Part shown: positions 52,163-53,648 of the stretch, one piece after another | How the letters are laid out: each line of letters opens with the position of its first letter | Position numbering within the stretch: position 1 is the first letter of the stretch | Virus record (IMG/VR): IMGVR_UViG_3300024999_000141 | Coordinates: 1 to 53,648 of that record | Length of the DNA stretch: 53,648 nt | Reading direction: 5' to 3' (one strand) | DNA from: a virus | Lineage: Duplodnaviria; Caudoviricetes | The notes under the pieces: generated by a model | What the model saw: only the letters and a program-made list of their open reading frames with translations | What the model was told of the DNA's origin: nothing | Database searches by the model: none | Position numbers and translations under genes: made by a program

Positions 52163-53648
52163 CTACTCCTGCAGCAGCCGTGCGGCCATGCTGTTCGCTT
52201 CGTTGGCGCTGGCCAGCATCCGGGCCGCCCGCTGGAGGTTTTCCGGCTTGGCCTGCGTCGGGTCGTCCGGGTTGTCCGTCGACGGTCCCCCCGACACCTG
52301 CTTGGCCATCTCGCGCCGGCGGGCCCGGTTGACCTGGTCCCAGTTGCCGCCGGTCAGGCCGGCCGTTTCCTGCGTCATCGTCGAGAAGCCGAACTGGACG
52401 CGGTCGTTCGCCGCGGCCGCCTCGACCTTCTCGTTGATCTGCCCCTGAGCGGGCCCGTGCCACTCAGCGGAGCTCCACGCTGCCCGCACCGCGAGGTCGT
52501 CGAAGAACCCCGGGCAGCTCACCCGGCCCCGGGCGACAGCCTCGGCAAGCCACTCATCGTAGATCGGCTGGCAGAAGCCCGCGGCGAGCCAGGCCCGCCG
52601 CGTCTTGACCGTCTTCCAGAACTCGAGGAACGCGGCGCGGGCCGCCGTGTACGAACTGGTGAAGTGCTTTAGCAGCAGCTCGTAGGGGATCCCCAGCGCG
52701 CTGCCGATCGGAACGCAGATCGCCCGCACGAACTGGTCGAACGCCGGGTTGGGCCGCCCCGGGTTGACGGCGTTGACCGACTCCCCGGGCGCCAGGCCGA
52801 CGACCGCTCCGTTGCCGAGCTCGACCGAGTTCAGGTCGGCGGTGTCGACGCGCTCGTCGGGGTCGATGCTCTGGCCGAGCGTCGACGCGTCCGCCGTGGT
52901 GCCGGCGCTCGTGATGAACACGGTCAGCATCGCCGAAACGACGGCCGCCTGGAGCTCCGCGTCGTGGTACCGGCCGAGCTGCTTGAGCGACTCGATGACC
53001 GGGGCCAGAACCGGAACACCGCGCCGCTGCTCCGGCCGCTGGTGCACCATCAGGTGCAGGATGTTGCGCCGGCCGCTGGCCGTGCCGTAGGCCGGCACCC
53101 GCTTCCAGTCGTTGGCGAGGGTTCGATAGCTGACGGACGCCAACGGGTGGTACCTGGTGACGTAGTACGCCACGGGCTCGCCGTAGCTCCCCACCTCGAC
53201 CCCGCCGAGGATGTTGAGCTTCGAATCCACGATCGTCGGGTCGCACACCCGGTCGGCCTCGATCAAGTGCACCCGCAGGTCGTAGATGGTCCCGCGCCGC
53301 TTCATCATCGGCAGCACGGCGAACACGTCGCCGGACATCAGGGTCGAGAGCAGCGCCAGCGCCTGGAGCTGGCCGAAGTTGCACATCCGCGTGGCGTCGC
53401 AGGCCGGCGAGTCCGCCCAGAGCCCGAACTCGCGCTCGACGTTGCGCTCCCACTCGTCGGCCTGCTCGTCGGTGAGCCCGAGGAAGTCGGCATCGATCTG
53501 CGCCGAGAGCTTCAGCCCGGGCCCGACGGCGTTGGTGACCAGGGTGTCCAGCGCCCCGGTGGCCAGCGGCGTGCCCATGTACAGGTCGCGCGCCCGCTGC
53601 CGCAGCACGTCGATGTGCTCGACGATGTCCTCGTCGGGCGAGCCCATT
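52163..53648 (-). CDS. Lambda-family portal protein (5' end beyond the window)
   Basis: LRQRARDL, GGVE, QRRGVP and SYTAARAA motifs. Confidence 0.95.
   Translation of the reverse strand, partial: MGSPDEDIVEHIDVLRQRARDLYMGTPLATGALDTLVTNAVGPGLKLSAQIDADFLGLTDEQADEWERNVEREFGLWADSPACDATRMCNFGQLQALALLSTLMSGDVFAVLPMMKRRGTIYDLRVHLIEADRVCDPTIVDSKLNILGGVEVGSYGEPVAYYVTRYHPLASVSYRTLANDWKRVPAYGTASGRRNILHLMVHQRPEQRRGVPVLAPVIESLKQLGRYHDAELQAAVVSAMLTVFITSAGTTADASTLGQSIDPDERVDTADLNSVELGNGAVVGLAPGESVNAVNPGRPNPAFDQFVRAICVPIGSALGIPYELLLKHFTSSYTAARAAFLEFWKTVKTRRAWLAAGFCQPIYDEWLAEAVARGRVSCPGFFDDLAVRAAWSSAEWHGPAQGQINEKVEAAAANDRVQFGFSTMTQETAGLTGGNWDQVNRARRREMAKQVSGGPSTDNPDDPTQAKPENLQRAARMLASANEANSMAARLLQE

Larger units (their letters stand above)
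1..53648. mobile_element. Temperate contractile-tailed phage genome segment (lambda-like head, P2-like tail), probably most of one genome
   Basis: Contiguous replication, immunity, integration, lysis, tail and head modules; no host genes seen; terminase genes are absent and expected beyond the right edge. Confidence 0.95.

Overview
The whole window is one GC-rich temperate phage genome segment with a contractile tail and no recognisable host housekeeping genes. A Myxococcota-like host is suggested by a Myxococcus-type LexA box, a deltaproteobacterial-type RdgC and the high GC. Layout: (1) 1-12.25 kb, minus strand: early/replication operon with Cro, CII-like, SLT-like protein, three adenine methyltransferases, GIY-YIG endonuclease, DHH phosphoesterase, initiator with iterons, DnaC-like loader and VRR-NUC. 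(2) 12.25-15 kb: immunity region with an XRE repressor lacking a peptidase domain, five related operators, a low-GC two-gene insert and a LexA-boxed gene. (3) 15-25 kb, plus strand: RdgC, repeat-containing C5 methyltransferase, MmcB-like nuclease, ASCH, minimal PolX, HNH, Xis, tyrosine integrase and an apparently intact attP. (4) 25-53.6 kb, minus strand: late operon with lambda-like portal, ClpP protease, decoration and capsid genes, a P2-like tail and baseplate, and a lysis module. The most unusual feature is an ~8 kb enzyme cassette where tail-fibre genes normally lie. It encodes a double glycosyltransferase, a methyltransferase-transglutaminase fusion, a radical SAM/SPASM enzyme, two more methyltransferases and an AsnB amidotransferase, and is a candidate virion or glycan modification pathway. 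Other highlights are a Dam-like methyltransferase with swapped motifs and four tandem recognition units, an SOS-controlled candidate antirepressor, and a possible Acb2/Tad1-like sponge. All calls come from reading motifs by eye; no database searches were run.
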